Source of the DNA: Halomonas fontilapidosi
Lineage (GTDB): Bacteria > Pseudomonadota > Gammaproteobacteria > Pseudomonadales > Halomonadaceae
Assembly (NCBI RefSeq): GCF_014192285.1
Contig: NZ_JACHXQ010000010.1
Span: 106,098-130,097, forward strand
Length of the DNA stretch: 24,000 nucleotides
Reading direction: 5' to 3'
The notes beneath the pieces are model-generated. The model was given only the letters and a program-made list of their open reading frames with translations. It ran no database searches and was not told the origin of the DNA. Below, one piece after another: positions 10,369 to 18,493 of the stretch. The first letter of the stretch is position 1. Every line of letters begins with the position of its first letter. Position numbers and translations under genes: made by a program.

Positions 10369-11073
10369 ATGCCAACCCGCCATCGATTCGCGCTAGGGGC
10401 CGTACTCCTGGGGCTCTTGCTCCCCTTTCTCGATGCTCAGGCAGCCAGTATGCGTCTGGGCAATGTCATGTCCGGCACGATGATCCATAAGGATGTCCAG
10501 TCCATCCGTGAACGTCGCTTCGAGAATATCGTCGAGCAGAAGACGGACTTCTCCTGTGGCGCGGCCTCGTTGGCCACCATTTTCCGGTATGCCTACCAGA
10601 AGCCCTCCGTCACGGAGGAGAGTGTCCTGGCTGGCATGCTCGAGGTCGCGGACCCCGAGCTGGTTCGTCAGCAAGGGTTTTCGCTGCTGGACCTGAAGCA
10701 CTACGTGGAGGAACTGGGCTATCGCGGCCGGGGGTACGAGGTGGCACCGCAAACCCTGGATGAGGTGTCGATCCCGGTCATCGTGCTGCTGGACCTGGAG
10801 GGCTACAAGCACTTCGTGGTGATGAAGAAGGCTAGCGGTGATCGTGTCTACGTGGGGGATCCGGCCCTTGGCAATCGCGTCATGGATCGCGAAGCGTTCA
10901 TGGACGCCTGGAACAACATCATTTTTGCCGTCGTCGGCGAGGGATTCGATCCGGGCACGGTACTGCTGGATCCACGGCAGCCGTTGACGGCACATCGCAT
11001 GCAGGATGTCTTCGCCCCGGTACCGAAGCAGAAGCTGCTGGATTTCGGTTTTCGTCATGCCGACCTCTTCTGA
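10369..11073 (+). CDS. Stand-alone C39-like cysteine peptidase (FapD-like)
   Basis: 234 aa, N-terminal signal peptide, catalytic-type VEQKTDFSCGAASLATIFRYAY (Cys63), GYKHFVVMKK (His148), VYVGDPALGNRVM (Asp164). No ABC transporter domain. Confidence 0.82.
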   Translation: MPTRHRFALGAVLLGLLLPFLDAQAASMRLGNVMSGTMIHKDVQSIRERRFENIVEQKTDFSCGAASLATIFRYAYQKPSVTEESVLAGMLEVADPELVRQQGFSLLDLKHYVEELGYRGRGYEVAPQTLDEVSIPVIVLLDLEGYKHFVVMKKASGDRVYVGDPALGNRVMDREAFMDAWNNIIFAVVGEGFDPGTVLLDPRQPLTAHRMQDVFAPVPKQKLLDFGFRHADLF

Positions 11074-11120
11074 CCCCAGCGGGCCTGCAGGGGCTATCAG
11101 CCGAACAGGGGGTGACGATC

Positions 11121-11921
11121 ATGTTCAAGAAAGCGTGGCAACGTAATTGCAAGAAGGCAGGCCTCACGGCCTTGCTGGCGGTTTCCACGACGGGATTGGC
11201 GGCACCGGCCGAGGCCGCCACCTCGGACTTTGATGCCTTTACATCGAGCCGCGAGCTGAGTGATGCCGAGCTCGGACAGCAACGAGGACGGTTCGTCGAC
11301 AAGGGCAGCCTGATGTTCTTCGGGGTGCAGGTAACCAGCGAGTGGCGGACGTCCCACGGCGAGCACCTGGTGGCCCAGGGGGACTTGAGGGGGGATCTCA
11401 GCGGCGCAACACCCCGCGTGAGTTTTCAGCCGCGGATCACCGCAGTAGCGGCGGATTCCCTGGCCTCGGATGGCCTTGCGGGCAATGGTGCCACCGTCGT
11501 GGATGCCGGTACCGGCAACGCCGGCGGCGTGGTGCAGACCATCCAGGCGGCCGGGGATTTCAACGCCGCCGCCAACGACCTGCAGATCGATGTGCTCGAC
11601 GCCGCCGATGCCTCAGCTCCCCAGGGAGGGGGCGCTGCGAGCGGAAGCGCCGTCGAGCAACGGCTGGCATCCGGCACGCGAGTCTCGGTCAGCAATGGAC
11701 CCCAGGGCATGGGGGTTTCACTGGATGTCCCGGGCATGGGTCGCGTCAAGCAAGCCGTCGTTCCGAGTCAGGGGCTCCGTCAGTCGATCCAGTTGAGCAG
11801 TGACTTCCAGCAGGTGCGCAACCTTACGCGACTACAGCTCTATATGGGGGAGCGCGGTGCGAAGGCCGATGCGCCAGGCGTGCGCCGTGCCGTCCGCTCG
11901 GCGCGTCCCCTGGCTCCTTGA
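11121..11921 (+). CDS. FapE-like exported protein (fapE position)
   Basis: ATG 11121 follows a purine-rich AGGGGG; upstream GTG 11112 is the alternative. Signal sequence MFKKAWQRNCKKAGLTALLAVSTTGLAAPAEA, then ELSDAELGQQRGRFVDKGSLMFFGVQVTSEW and VVQTIQAAGDFNAAANDLQIDV. Confidence 0.6.
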   Translation: MFKKAWQRNCKKAGLTALLAVSTTGLAAPAEAATSDFDAFTSSRELSDAELGQQRGRFVDKGSLMFFGVQVTSEWRTSHGEHLVAQGDLRGDLSGATPRVSFQPRITAVAADSLASDGLAGNGATVVDAGTGNAGGVVQTIQAAGDFNAAANDLQIDVLDAADASAPQGGGAASGSAVEQRLASGTRVSVSNGPQGMGVSLDVPGMGRVKQAVVPSQGLRQSIQLSSDFQQVRNLTRLQLYMGERGAKADAPGVRRAVRSARPLAP

Positions 11922-12082
11922 GGAACCCTGAATCCGTGGATGGCTGGTCTACACACCGTCCGGGGTGAACGATAGGGTAGGAGAGTGCAGGCCACTGGTC
12001 GTGCCGGAAGAGGGGCGCGGCCAGTGTCGCTTGGCAGGAAGCTTCGGACCAATGATTTGATGAGCACACAGCGAGGTCATTC

Positions 12083-13141
12083 ATGCGGGATACGGCATCA
12101 CTCTTTTACGTTTCCATCGTGGCAGCATCGCTTGGAGCGGCATCGACGGCTCACGCCCAGATGGCCGATGACGAGGAAGAGGTGGTTCGCGAAGCCAGGC
12201 CCAGCAAGAGTGTCGAGAACGTCCTTCGCGAGGAGCATACCCTCTTCTCCGATCGGCTGACTATCGAGCCGGGCATCAACTACTCCTATTCCGATCGCTC
12301 TCAACTGGCCCTGCGGGGCTTTCTGGCTCTTGACGCCATCTTTCTGGGGGAGATCAGTGTCGATGCGGTCGAAAGCCACATCACGACTTTCGACCTGAAT
12401 ACCCGTTACGGCTTGACCGACCGGCTGGAACTCGGGGTGAACCTCCCCTTCGTTTACCGAACCAGTACGTACCAATCCATAGGTGATGATTTCTCTACCG
12501 AGAAGAACAGTGAGACATCCGTGGATGAAGCGGACCTCGGTGATATCAGCCTGTCACTCTCTTATCGGCTATTCCAGGAAACGGAGACCCGTCCCGATCT
12601 CGTCTGGAATCTTGGCGTGCGTGCGCCAACAGGCACCGATCCTTACGGGCTTGATGTGCGTCAGGACTCCAATACCAACCTGAATGTGCCCACGGAGCTG
12701 CCAACCGGTAATGGCGTATGGGGTGTCAACACCGGGGTATCGCTCCTCAAGACGCTGGACCCGGCCATCGTCTTTGCCAATCTCGGCTATACGTATAACT
12801 TCGAGGAGAGTTTTGATGATATCTCTGCGAGCGAAGGCAACCAGCCCGGGGATGTGAAGCTGGGGGATACCATTCGCGCTGGCTTCGGGACGGCCTTTGC
12901 GCTCAACGAGAACTTCAGCCTCTCGCTTTCCTACTCTCACGAATATATCCAGCAATCTGAAACAACCCAAGGCGGTGCTACCAGCAAAGTGGTCGGCAGC
13001 GACGCCAATGTCGGGGTGCTCAACCTGGGCGGGACCTACGCACTGGATGACAGCACCTCCATCGTCACCAGCCTGGGCGTGGGCCTCACCGACGATGCCT
13101 CGGACGTCAGCCTGACCTTCCGCATGCCCTTCCAGATGTAG
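12083..13141 (+). CDS. Outer-membrane beta-barrel transporter, FapF-like
   Basis: 352 aa with signal peptide; SVENVLREEHTLFSDRLTIEPGINYSYSDRSQLALRGF...ISVDAVESHITTFDLNTRYGLTDRLELGVNLPFVYR, alternating beta pattern, C-terminal aromatic strand DVSLTFRMPFQM. Confidence 0.75.
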   Translation: MRDTASLFYVSIVAASLGAASTAHAQMADDEEEVVREARPSKSVENVLREEHTLFSDRLTIEPGINYSYSDRSQLALRGFLALDAIFLGEISVDAVESHITTFDLNTRYGLTDRLELGVNLPFVYRTSTYQSIGDDFSTEKNSETSVDEADLGDISLSLSYRLFQETETRPDLVWNLGVRAPTGTDPYGLDVRQDSNTNLNVPTELPTGNGVWGVNTGVSLLKTLDPAIVFANLGYTYNFEESFDDISASEGNQPGDVKLGDTIRAGFGTAFALNENFSLSLSYSHEYIQQSETTQGGATSKVVGSDANVGVLNLGGTYALDDSTSIVTSLGVGLTDDASDVSLTFRMPFQM

Positions 13142-13172
13142 ACGCCTCGGGAATCGATTACCCTGGGCTCAG

Positions 13173-13206
13173 GCAAGCCACCAACCTTGGTGGCTTGCTT
13201 GTTTTT
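13173..13206 (+). terminator. Rho-independent terminator at the end of the Fap-like operon
   Basis: GCAAGCCACC-AACCTT-GGTGGCTTGC followed by TTGTTTTT. Confidence 0.9.
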
Positions 13207-13351
13207 CCCCGCCCCCGGTAGGGGAAAAGCCGGCAGCAGGGTTCCGCTGCGTATCGATAGTCCCTGCCATGCTTCTGCCTGGCGCCTCGCCGCCCTGCGT
13301 CACAAGATGGCATAATGCCCGCCATCGACACCCTCGTGACGGACTCCCTGC

Positions 13352-13702
13352 ATGCTCAAGTGGCTGGCCATCGTGCTCATCATCCTGCTCGCGCTGCTGC
13401 AGTACCGGCTGTGGCTCGGCGAGGGCGGCATGCGCGAGCTTGCCGAGGTACGCCAGCGGGTGGCCGTGCTGGAGGAGGAGAACCAGCCGCTGCGCGACCG
13501 CAATGCGCGCCTGGCCGCCGAGGTGGTGGATCTCAAGACCGGCCTCGATGCCATCGAGGAGCGGGCCCGCAGCGACATCGGCATGGTGCGCACCGACGAG
13601 CAGTTCTTCTGGGTGCCCGGCGTGGCGGTGGAGACCACCGGCCTCGAGGTCAATGCCGGCCTGCTGGGCATGCCGGCCCCCGGCGCGGAGACGAGGCAGT
13701 GA
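13352..13702 (+). CDS. ftsB: Cell division protein FtsB
   Basis: MLKWLAIVLIILLALLQYRLWLGEGGMRELAEVRQRVAVLEEENQPLRDRNARLAAEVVDLKTGLDAIEERARSDIGMVRTDEQFFWV; immediately upstream of ispD. Confidence 0.94.
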   Translation: MLKWLAIVLIILLALLQYRLWLGEGGMRELAEVRQRVAVLEEENQPLRDRNARLAAEVVDLKTGLDAIEERARSDIGMVRTDEQFFWVPGVAVETTGLEVNAGLLGMPAPGAETRQ

Positions 13703-14454
13703 GCGGCCGCCTGTGGCTTGTGGTGCCCGCCGCGGGGCAGGGGCGACGCATGGGCGCCGACCGCCCCAAGCAGTACCTGCCGCTGGCCGGCCGGCCGGTG
13801 CTGGCGTGCACCCTGGCGCGCCTCCACGAGGCCTTCCCCGAGGCCCGGCTCTGCCTCTGTCTGGACGCCGAGGATGGCCACTTCGACCCGGCCTGGGTGC
13901 CCTTCGCCGACTGGCGTCGCGCCCCCGGCGGGGCCGAGCGGGTCGACTCGGTGGTCAACGCCCTGGAGGCCATCGCCCCGGAGGCCGAAGAGGACGACCT
14001 GGTGCTGGTCCATGATGTCGCCCGGCCCTGCGTCACCGTCGACGACCTGAGGCGCCTGCTGGCGGCCATTGCCGACGACCCCGTGGGCGGGCTGCTGGCG
14101 GCCCCGGTGGCCGATACCATGAAGCGCGACGATGGCGCCGGGCGGGTGCGGGCCACCGAGTCCCGCGAGGGGCTCTGGCATGCCTATACCCCCCAGGGCT
14201 TCCGCCATGGCCTGCTGTGTCGCGCCCTGAATGATGCGCTGGCGCGGGGTGTGGCCGTCACCGACGAGGCCTCGGCGGTGGAGGCGGTAGGCCTCTCGCC
14301 GCGGCTGGTCGGCGGGCGTCGCGACAACCTTAAGATCACCCATCCCGAGGACCTGGCCCTGGCCGAACTGGTGCTGTCGGCCCAGGCGCTGGCCGCCCAG
14401 ACGTCCTCGGTGACTCACCCCGAGGCGTCCCCGCATGGGACGAACGGAGCATGA
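13699..14454 (+). CDS. ispD: 2-C-methyl-D-erythritol 4-phosphate cytidylyltransferase
   Basis: GTG start overlapping the ftsB stop (GTGA); VVPAAGQGRRMGADRPKQYLPLAGRPVLACTLARL, LVLVHDVARPCV, VTDEASAVEAVG. The track ORF from 13315 is over-extended. Confidence 0.94.
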   Translation: MSGRLWLVVPAAGQGRRMGADRPKQYLPLAGRPVLACTLARLHEAFPEARLCLCLDAEDGHFDPAWVPFADWRRAPGGAERVDSVVNALEAIAPEAEEDDLVLVHDVARPCVTVDDLRRLLAAIADDPVGGLLAAPVADTMKRDDGAGRVRATESREGLWHAYTPQGFRHGLLCRALNDALARGVAVTDEASAVEAVGLSPRLVGGRRDNLKITHPEDLALAELVLSAQALAAQTSSVTHPEASPHGTNGA

Positions 14455-14472
14455 AGGGAGTATGAAACGCGC

Positions 14473-14970
14473 ATGATGCGAATCGGCCACGGCTTCGATG
14501 TTCACCGCTTCGGCGAGGGCGACCACCTGATGGTCGGCGGCGTCGCCATCCCCTTCGATCGCGGCTTCATCGCCCACTCCGACGGCGACGTGCTGCTGCA
14601 TGCGGTCTGTGACGCCCTGCTGGGGGCGTGTGCCCTCGGCGACATCGGCGGCCACTTCCCCGATACCGACCCGGCCTGGGCCGGCGCCGACAGCCGTGGC
14701 TTGCTGCGCCACGTCGCCGGGCTGGTGGGCGAGGCCGGCTACCGGGTCGGCAACCTGGACGCCACGCTGATCGCCCAGGCGCCGAAGATGGCGCCCCATA
14801 TTGGCGTCATGGCCGGATATATCGCCGAGGACCTGGGCGTCGCCCGGGGCGCGGTCAACGTCAAGGCCACCACCACCGAGCGGCTCGGGTTCACCGGCCG
14901 CGGCGAAGGCATCGCCGCCGAGGCAGTGGCGCTGCTGGTGCGCCGCGACGGGGATTCGGCTTGTGAGTGA
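14473..14970 (+). CDS. ispF: 2-C-methyl-D-erythritol 2,4-cyclodiphosphate synthase
   Basis: [71 protein letters not shown]...[23 protein letters not shown]. Confidence 0.97.
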   Translation: MMRIGHGFDVHRFGEGDHLMVGGVAIPFDRGFIAHSDGDVLLHAVCDALLGACALGDIGGHFPDTDPAWAGADSRGLLRHVAGLVGEAGYRVGNLDATLIAQAPKMAPHIGVMAGYIAEDLGVARGAVNVKATTTERLGFTGRGEGIAAEAVALLVRRDGDSACE

Positions 14971-16078
14971 GATCGGATCATCCGGCGTCCAGGATGCCAT
15001 CGACTGGCCGCCGGCCTGGCCGCGGGGGCTCGAGGAAGCATTCGGCGCACCGCCACCCGGCGACTATCGCGCCGTCCCCGAGGACTTCCGGGTCGAGGAA
15101 GCCCTCGACTTCGCCCCGGAAGGGGAGGGCGAGCACCTCTGGCTGTTCATCGAGAAGCGCGACCTGACCACCGCGATGGTCGCCCGCGAGCTGGCCCGGC
15201 TCTGCGAGGTCTCGTCGCGAGTGGTCGGCTATTCGGGCATGAAGGACCGTGTCGCCGTGACCCGCCAATGGCTCTCCGTGCAGCTGCCCGGCCGCGAGGC
15301 CCCCGAGGGCCTCGCGGCGCGACTCGCCGAGCGGGGGGTACGCGTGCTCGACCAGGCCCGCCATCCGCGCAAGCTTAAGCGTGGCGTGCACCGGGCCAAC
15401 CGCTTCCGCCTGCGGATCACCGGGGCCGCCGTTGCCGACCCGGCGCTCGAGGCGCGCTGGCAGCGTCTGTGCGACGCGGGTGTGGCCAACTATGTCGGCC
15501 CCCAGCGTTTCGGCGCGGACGGGCGCAACCTGCAGCGCGCCCGGGCCGTGCTGGCCCGCGGCTGGCGCAAGCGCGATGACCGCGAGGGCATGCTGCTCTC
15601 CGCGGCCCGCAGCTACCTGTTCAACGAGCTGCTGGCCGCCCGGGTGCGCGACCATAGCTGGACCACACCGCTGCCCGGCGAGGTGGTCATGCTCGACGGC
15701 AGCGCCAGCCAGTTCGACGTTGCGCCCGACGATGCCGCCGAGCTCGCCGGGCTCATCGAGCGGGCCCACCGCCTCGATCTGCACCCCGCCGGGGTGCTGT
15801 GGGGCATCGGCGAGTCGCGCGCCACCGGCGAGGCCCGGGCCTACGAGGCCGCCCTGGCCGCGCGCTACCCGGGCCTGTGCGGCGGGCTGGAGCGCGCCGG
15901 TGTCCGCCTGGCCCGCCGGGCACTGCGGCTGCGCCTGGGCGAGCCGCGGCTGACGCGAGGCGACGGCGAGCTCTGGCTGGCCTTCAGCCTGCCGCGGGGG
16001 GCCTTCGCCACCGCCGTGCTGCGGGAACTGATCTCTCATCCCTCACTAGGGGCCCCGTCCCCCGACAGGAGCCTATGA
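14963..16078 (+). CDS. truD: tRNA pseudouridine(13) synthase
   Basis: GTG start overlapping the end of ispF; [64 protein letters not shown]-like [11 protein letters not shown]. Confidence 0.94.
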   Translation: MSEIGSSGVQDAIDWPPAWPRGLEEAFGAPPPGDYRAVPEDFRVEEALDFAPEGEGEHLWLFIEKRDLTTAMVARELARLCEVSSRVVGYSGMKDRVAVTRQWLSVQLPGREAPEGLAARLAERGVRVLDQARHPRKLKRGVHRANRFRLRITGAAVADPALEARWQRLCDAGVANYVGPQRFGADGRNLQRARAVLARGWRKRDDREGMLLSAARSYLFNELLAARVRDHSWTTPLPGEVVMLDGSASQFDVAPDDAAELAGLIERAHRLDLHPAGVLWGIGESRATGEARAYEAALAARYPGLCGGLERAGVRLARRALRLRLGEPRLTRGDGELWLAFSLPRGAFATAVLRELISHPSLGAPSPDRSL

Positions 16079-16824
16079 TGCGTCGACTGCTGCTCTCCAA
16101 TGACGACGGGGTGCACGCCCCGGGGCTGCGCGCCCTCCACGATGCCCTGCTGCCCCATGCGCGGCTGCGCGTTGTCGCACCGGATCGCGACAAGAGCGGG
16201 GCCAGCAACTCGCTCACGCTGAGCCGGCCGCTGGCGCTCTCCTCGCTCGACAATGGCTTCTACAGCGTTGACGGTACGCCGGCGGACTGTGTCTACCTGG
16301 GGGTCAACGGCGTCTGGGACGAACGTCCCGACCTGGTGATATCGGGCATCAATCATGGCGGCAACCTCGGTGACGACGTGCTCTACTCCGGCACCGTGGC
16401 CGCGGCCATGGAGGGGCGCAACCTGGGCATGGCGGCCATCGCCATGTCGCTGGTGGGCTCGCACCATTTCGAGACCGCCGGACGGGTGGCGGCGAGCCTG
16501 GTCGGGGCAGCCGACCAGCTTTCGCTGCCGCCGCGCAGCCTGCTCAACGTCAATGTGCCGGACCTGCCGTGGAGCGAGATTCAGGGCTTTCGGGTGACCC
16601 GGCTGGGCTATCGCGGCCCGGCGGCCCGTCCCCTGGAAGTCCGCGACCCGCGCGGCCGGCTGCGCTACTGGATCGCTGCGGTGGGCGAGAATGCCGACGA
16701 CGGTCCGGACACCGACTTCGCCGCCGTGGAAGCGGGCTTTGTTTCCATCACGCCGCTGCAGACCGACCTGACACGGCATGCAGCGCGCGACGACGTGCAG
16801 GGCTGGCTGGATGCACTCACCTGA
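16075..16824 (+). CDS. surE: 5'/3'-nucleotidase SurE (start 16075 or 16078)
   Basis: [25 protein letters not shown]...[16 protein letters not shown]...[30 protein letters not shown]. Confidence 0.97.
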   Translation: MMRRLLLSNDDGVHAPGLRALHDALLPHARLRVVAPDRDKSGASNSLTLSRPLALSSLDNGFYSVDGTPADCVYLGVNGVWDERPDLVISGINHGGNLGDDVLYSGTVAAAMEGRNLGMAAIAMSLVGSHHFETAGRVAASLVGAADQLSLPPRSLLNVNVPDLPWSEIQGFRVTRLGYRGPAARPLEVRDPRGRLRYWIAAVGENADDGPDTDFAAVEAGFVSITPLQTDLTRHAARDDVQGWLDALT

Positions 16825-17491
16825 ACGTCTGGCAGAGCTGCTGCGCGGTGTTGGCATGACATCACAGCGCACCCGCGATCGCATGGTCGGCCGTCTGGCC
16901 GATCAGGGCATCCGCGATCAACGCGTGCTGGAGGTGATGGCCCGCGAGCCGCGTCATCTGTTCCTCGACGAAGCCCTGGCGCATCGCGCCTACGAGGACA
17001 CCTCGTTGCCCATCGGCCATGGCCAGACCCTCTCCCAGCCATGGATGGTGGCGCGGATGACCGAGTTGGTGATCCAGGAAGCGCCGTCGCGTGTGCTGGA
17101 GGTGGGGACCGGTTCCGGCTACCAGACTCTCGTGCTGTCGCGCCTGGTAAAGGAACTCTGGTCGGTGGAACGGATCAATGCCCTGCATCGTCGCGCCGGC
17201 GGTCGCTTGCGCCTGCTCGAGGTCCACAATGCCCGGCTACGCCTGGCCGACGGCGGGCACGGCTGGCCGGAAGACGCGCCCTTCGAGGTGATCCTGCTGA
17301 CGGCCTGTGCCAGTGAGCTGCCCGCCCCGCTGCTCGCCCAACTCGGCGAGGGAGGGGTGTTGATCACGCCGCTGGCCGGCCCGGATGGCCGGCAATGGCT
17401 GACTCGGGTGCGGCGCAGTGGCGACGACGTCGAGACACAGCGGCTGGAGGCGGTGCGGTTCGTGCCGTTGCTGGAAGGCGTCATTCGTTGA
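16811..17491 (+). CDS. pcm: Protein-L-isoaspartate O-methyltransferase
   Basis: [26 protein letters not shown]...[21 protein letters not shown]...[20 protein letters not shown]...[11 protein letters not shown]; overlaps the surE 3' end. Confidence 0.95.
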   Translation: MHSPERLAELLRGVGMTSQRTRDRMVGRLADQGIRDQRVLEVMAREPRHLFLDEALAHRAYEDTSLPIGHGQTLSQPWMVARMTELVIQEAPSRVLEVGTGSGYQTLVLSRLVKELWSVERINALHRRAGGRLRLLEVHNARLRLADGGHGWPEDAPFEVILLTACASELPAPLLAQLGEGGVLITPLAGPDGRQWLTRVRRSGDDVETQRLEAVRFVPLLEGVIR

Positions 17492-17521
17492 GAGACGTCA
17501 TTTTTTGAAAGGAGTCCGCTG

Positions 17522-18493
17522 TTGAAGCGTCATCTCGGTATCTTTCTCAGGGGGGCGGGCATGGGGGCCGCCGATGCGGTACCCGGCGTATCGGGCGGAA
17601 CCATCGCCTTCGTCACCGGCATCTACGAGGAGTTGATCCACAGCATCAAGCAGTTCGGCCCCAGCGCCTATGTCGCCTGGCGTCGCGGTGGTCTGCCGCT
17701 ACTGGTGGCGCATCTCAACCTGACCTTCGTGCTGCCGCTGCTGGCCGGCATCGCCATCAGCCTGATCAGCGTGGCCCATCTGGTCGTCTGGCTGCTGGAT
17801 GATTTCCCCCTGATGCTCGACGGGTTCTTTTTCGGCCTGGTGGCCGCCTCGGCGGTGGTCGTCAGCCGTCACCCGGCGGACTGGCAATGGTGGCATCTGC
17901 TGCCGCTCGTCGGCGGTTTGCTGCTCGCCCATGGCCTGCCGTCGCTGATGCCGCTGGTCAGCCAGCTAGGCAGTCCCGATCTGGTGCTGGTGGTCGGCGG
18001 GGCGATCGCCATCAGTGCCCTGCTGCTGCCCGGTGTCTCAGGGAGTTTCCTGCTGCTGACCATGGGTCTCTACGGCACGGTAATGCAGGGCATCCGCGGT
18101 TTCGACCTGGGGCTGATCGGGCTGTTCGGGGTAGGCTGCCTGATTGGCTTGTTCGGCTTCTCGCGGCTGCTTTCCTGGCTGCTGCGCCACTACCATACGG
18201 CGACCCTGCAACTGCTGGTCGGCTTCATCATCGGCTCGCTGCCGGTACTCTGGCCGTGGCGGGAACTGGTACGCTATCAACTGGGTACAGAGGGCCAGAT
18301 GATTCCCCTCGACTACCGTTACTTGACCCCGGCCGACTTCGCGGAACTGACCGGTGAGCCTGCCCGGCTGCCGGCAGTGGTGGCCCTGATGCTGGTCGGG
18401 GCGGCCCTGGTACTGCTGATCGGCCGGGCCAATCGGGCAGCGACACCCGGTTCCCGACAAGGTGCTGACAAGGAGGAAGGCTCCGATGCATAA
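17522..18493 (+). CDS. DUF368 family membrane protein, putative polyprenyl-phosphate (C55-P) transporter
   Basis: GMGAADAVPGVSGGTIAFVTGIYEELIHSIKQ...FFGLVAASAVVV...LLLPGVSGSFLLLTMGLYGTVMQGI; polytopic. TTG start with upstream GGAG. Confidence 0.88.
   Translation: MKRHLGIFLRGAGMGAADAVPGVSGGTIAFVTGIYEELIHSIKQFGPSAYVAWRRGGLPLLVAHLNLTFVLPLLAGIAISLISVAHLVVWLLDDFPLMLDGFFFGLVAASAVVVSRHPADWQWWHLLPLVGGLLLAHGLPSLMPLVSQLGSPDLVLVVGGAIAISALLLPGVSGSFLLLTMGLYGTVMQGIRGFDLGLIGLFGVGCLIGLFGFSRLLSWLLRHYHTATLQLLVGFIIGSLPVLWPWRELVRYQLGTEGQMIPLDYRYLTPADFAELTGEPARLPAVVALMLVGAALVLLIGRANRAATPGSRQGADKEEGSDA

Noticed and set aside
12037-12055. Possible second sigma-54 promoter (TTGGCAGGAAGCTTCGG) before the barrel gene
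   Set aside because: The -24-like half is present but the -12 GC element is CG and the TTGC is missing.
13269-14015. 248-aa ORF overlapping ftsB and ispD in another frame
   Set aside because: Arg/Ala/Ser/Pro-rich translation typical of a high-GC off-frame; ftsB and ispD explain the region.
14978-16884. Long minus-strand ORFs (353 and 282 aa) opposite truD and surE
   Set aside because: Antisense shadows of conserved core genes; no domain-like sequence.
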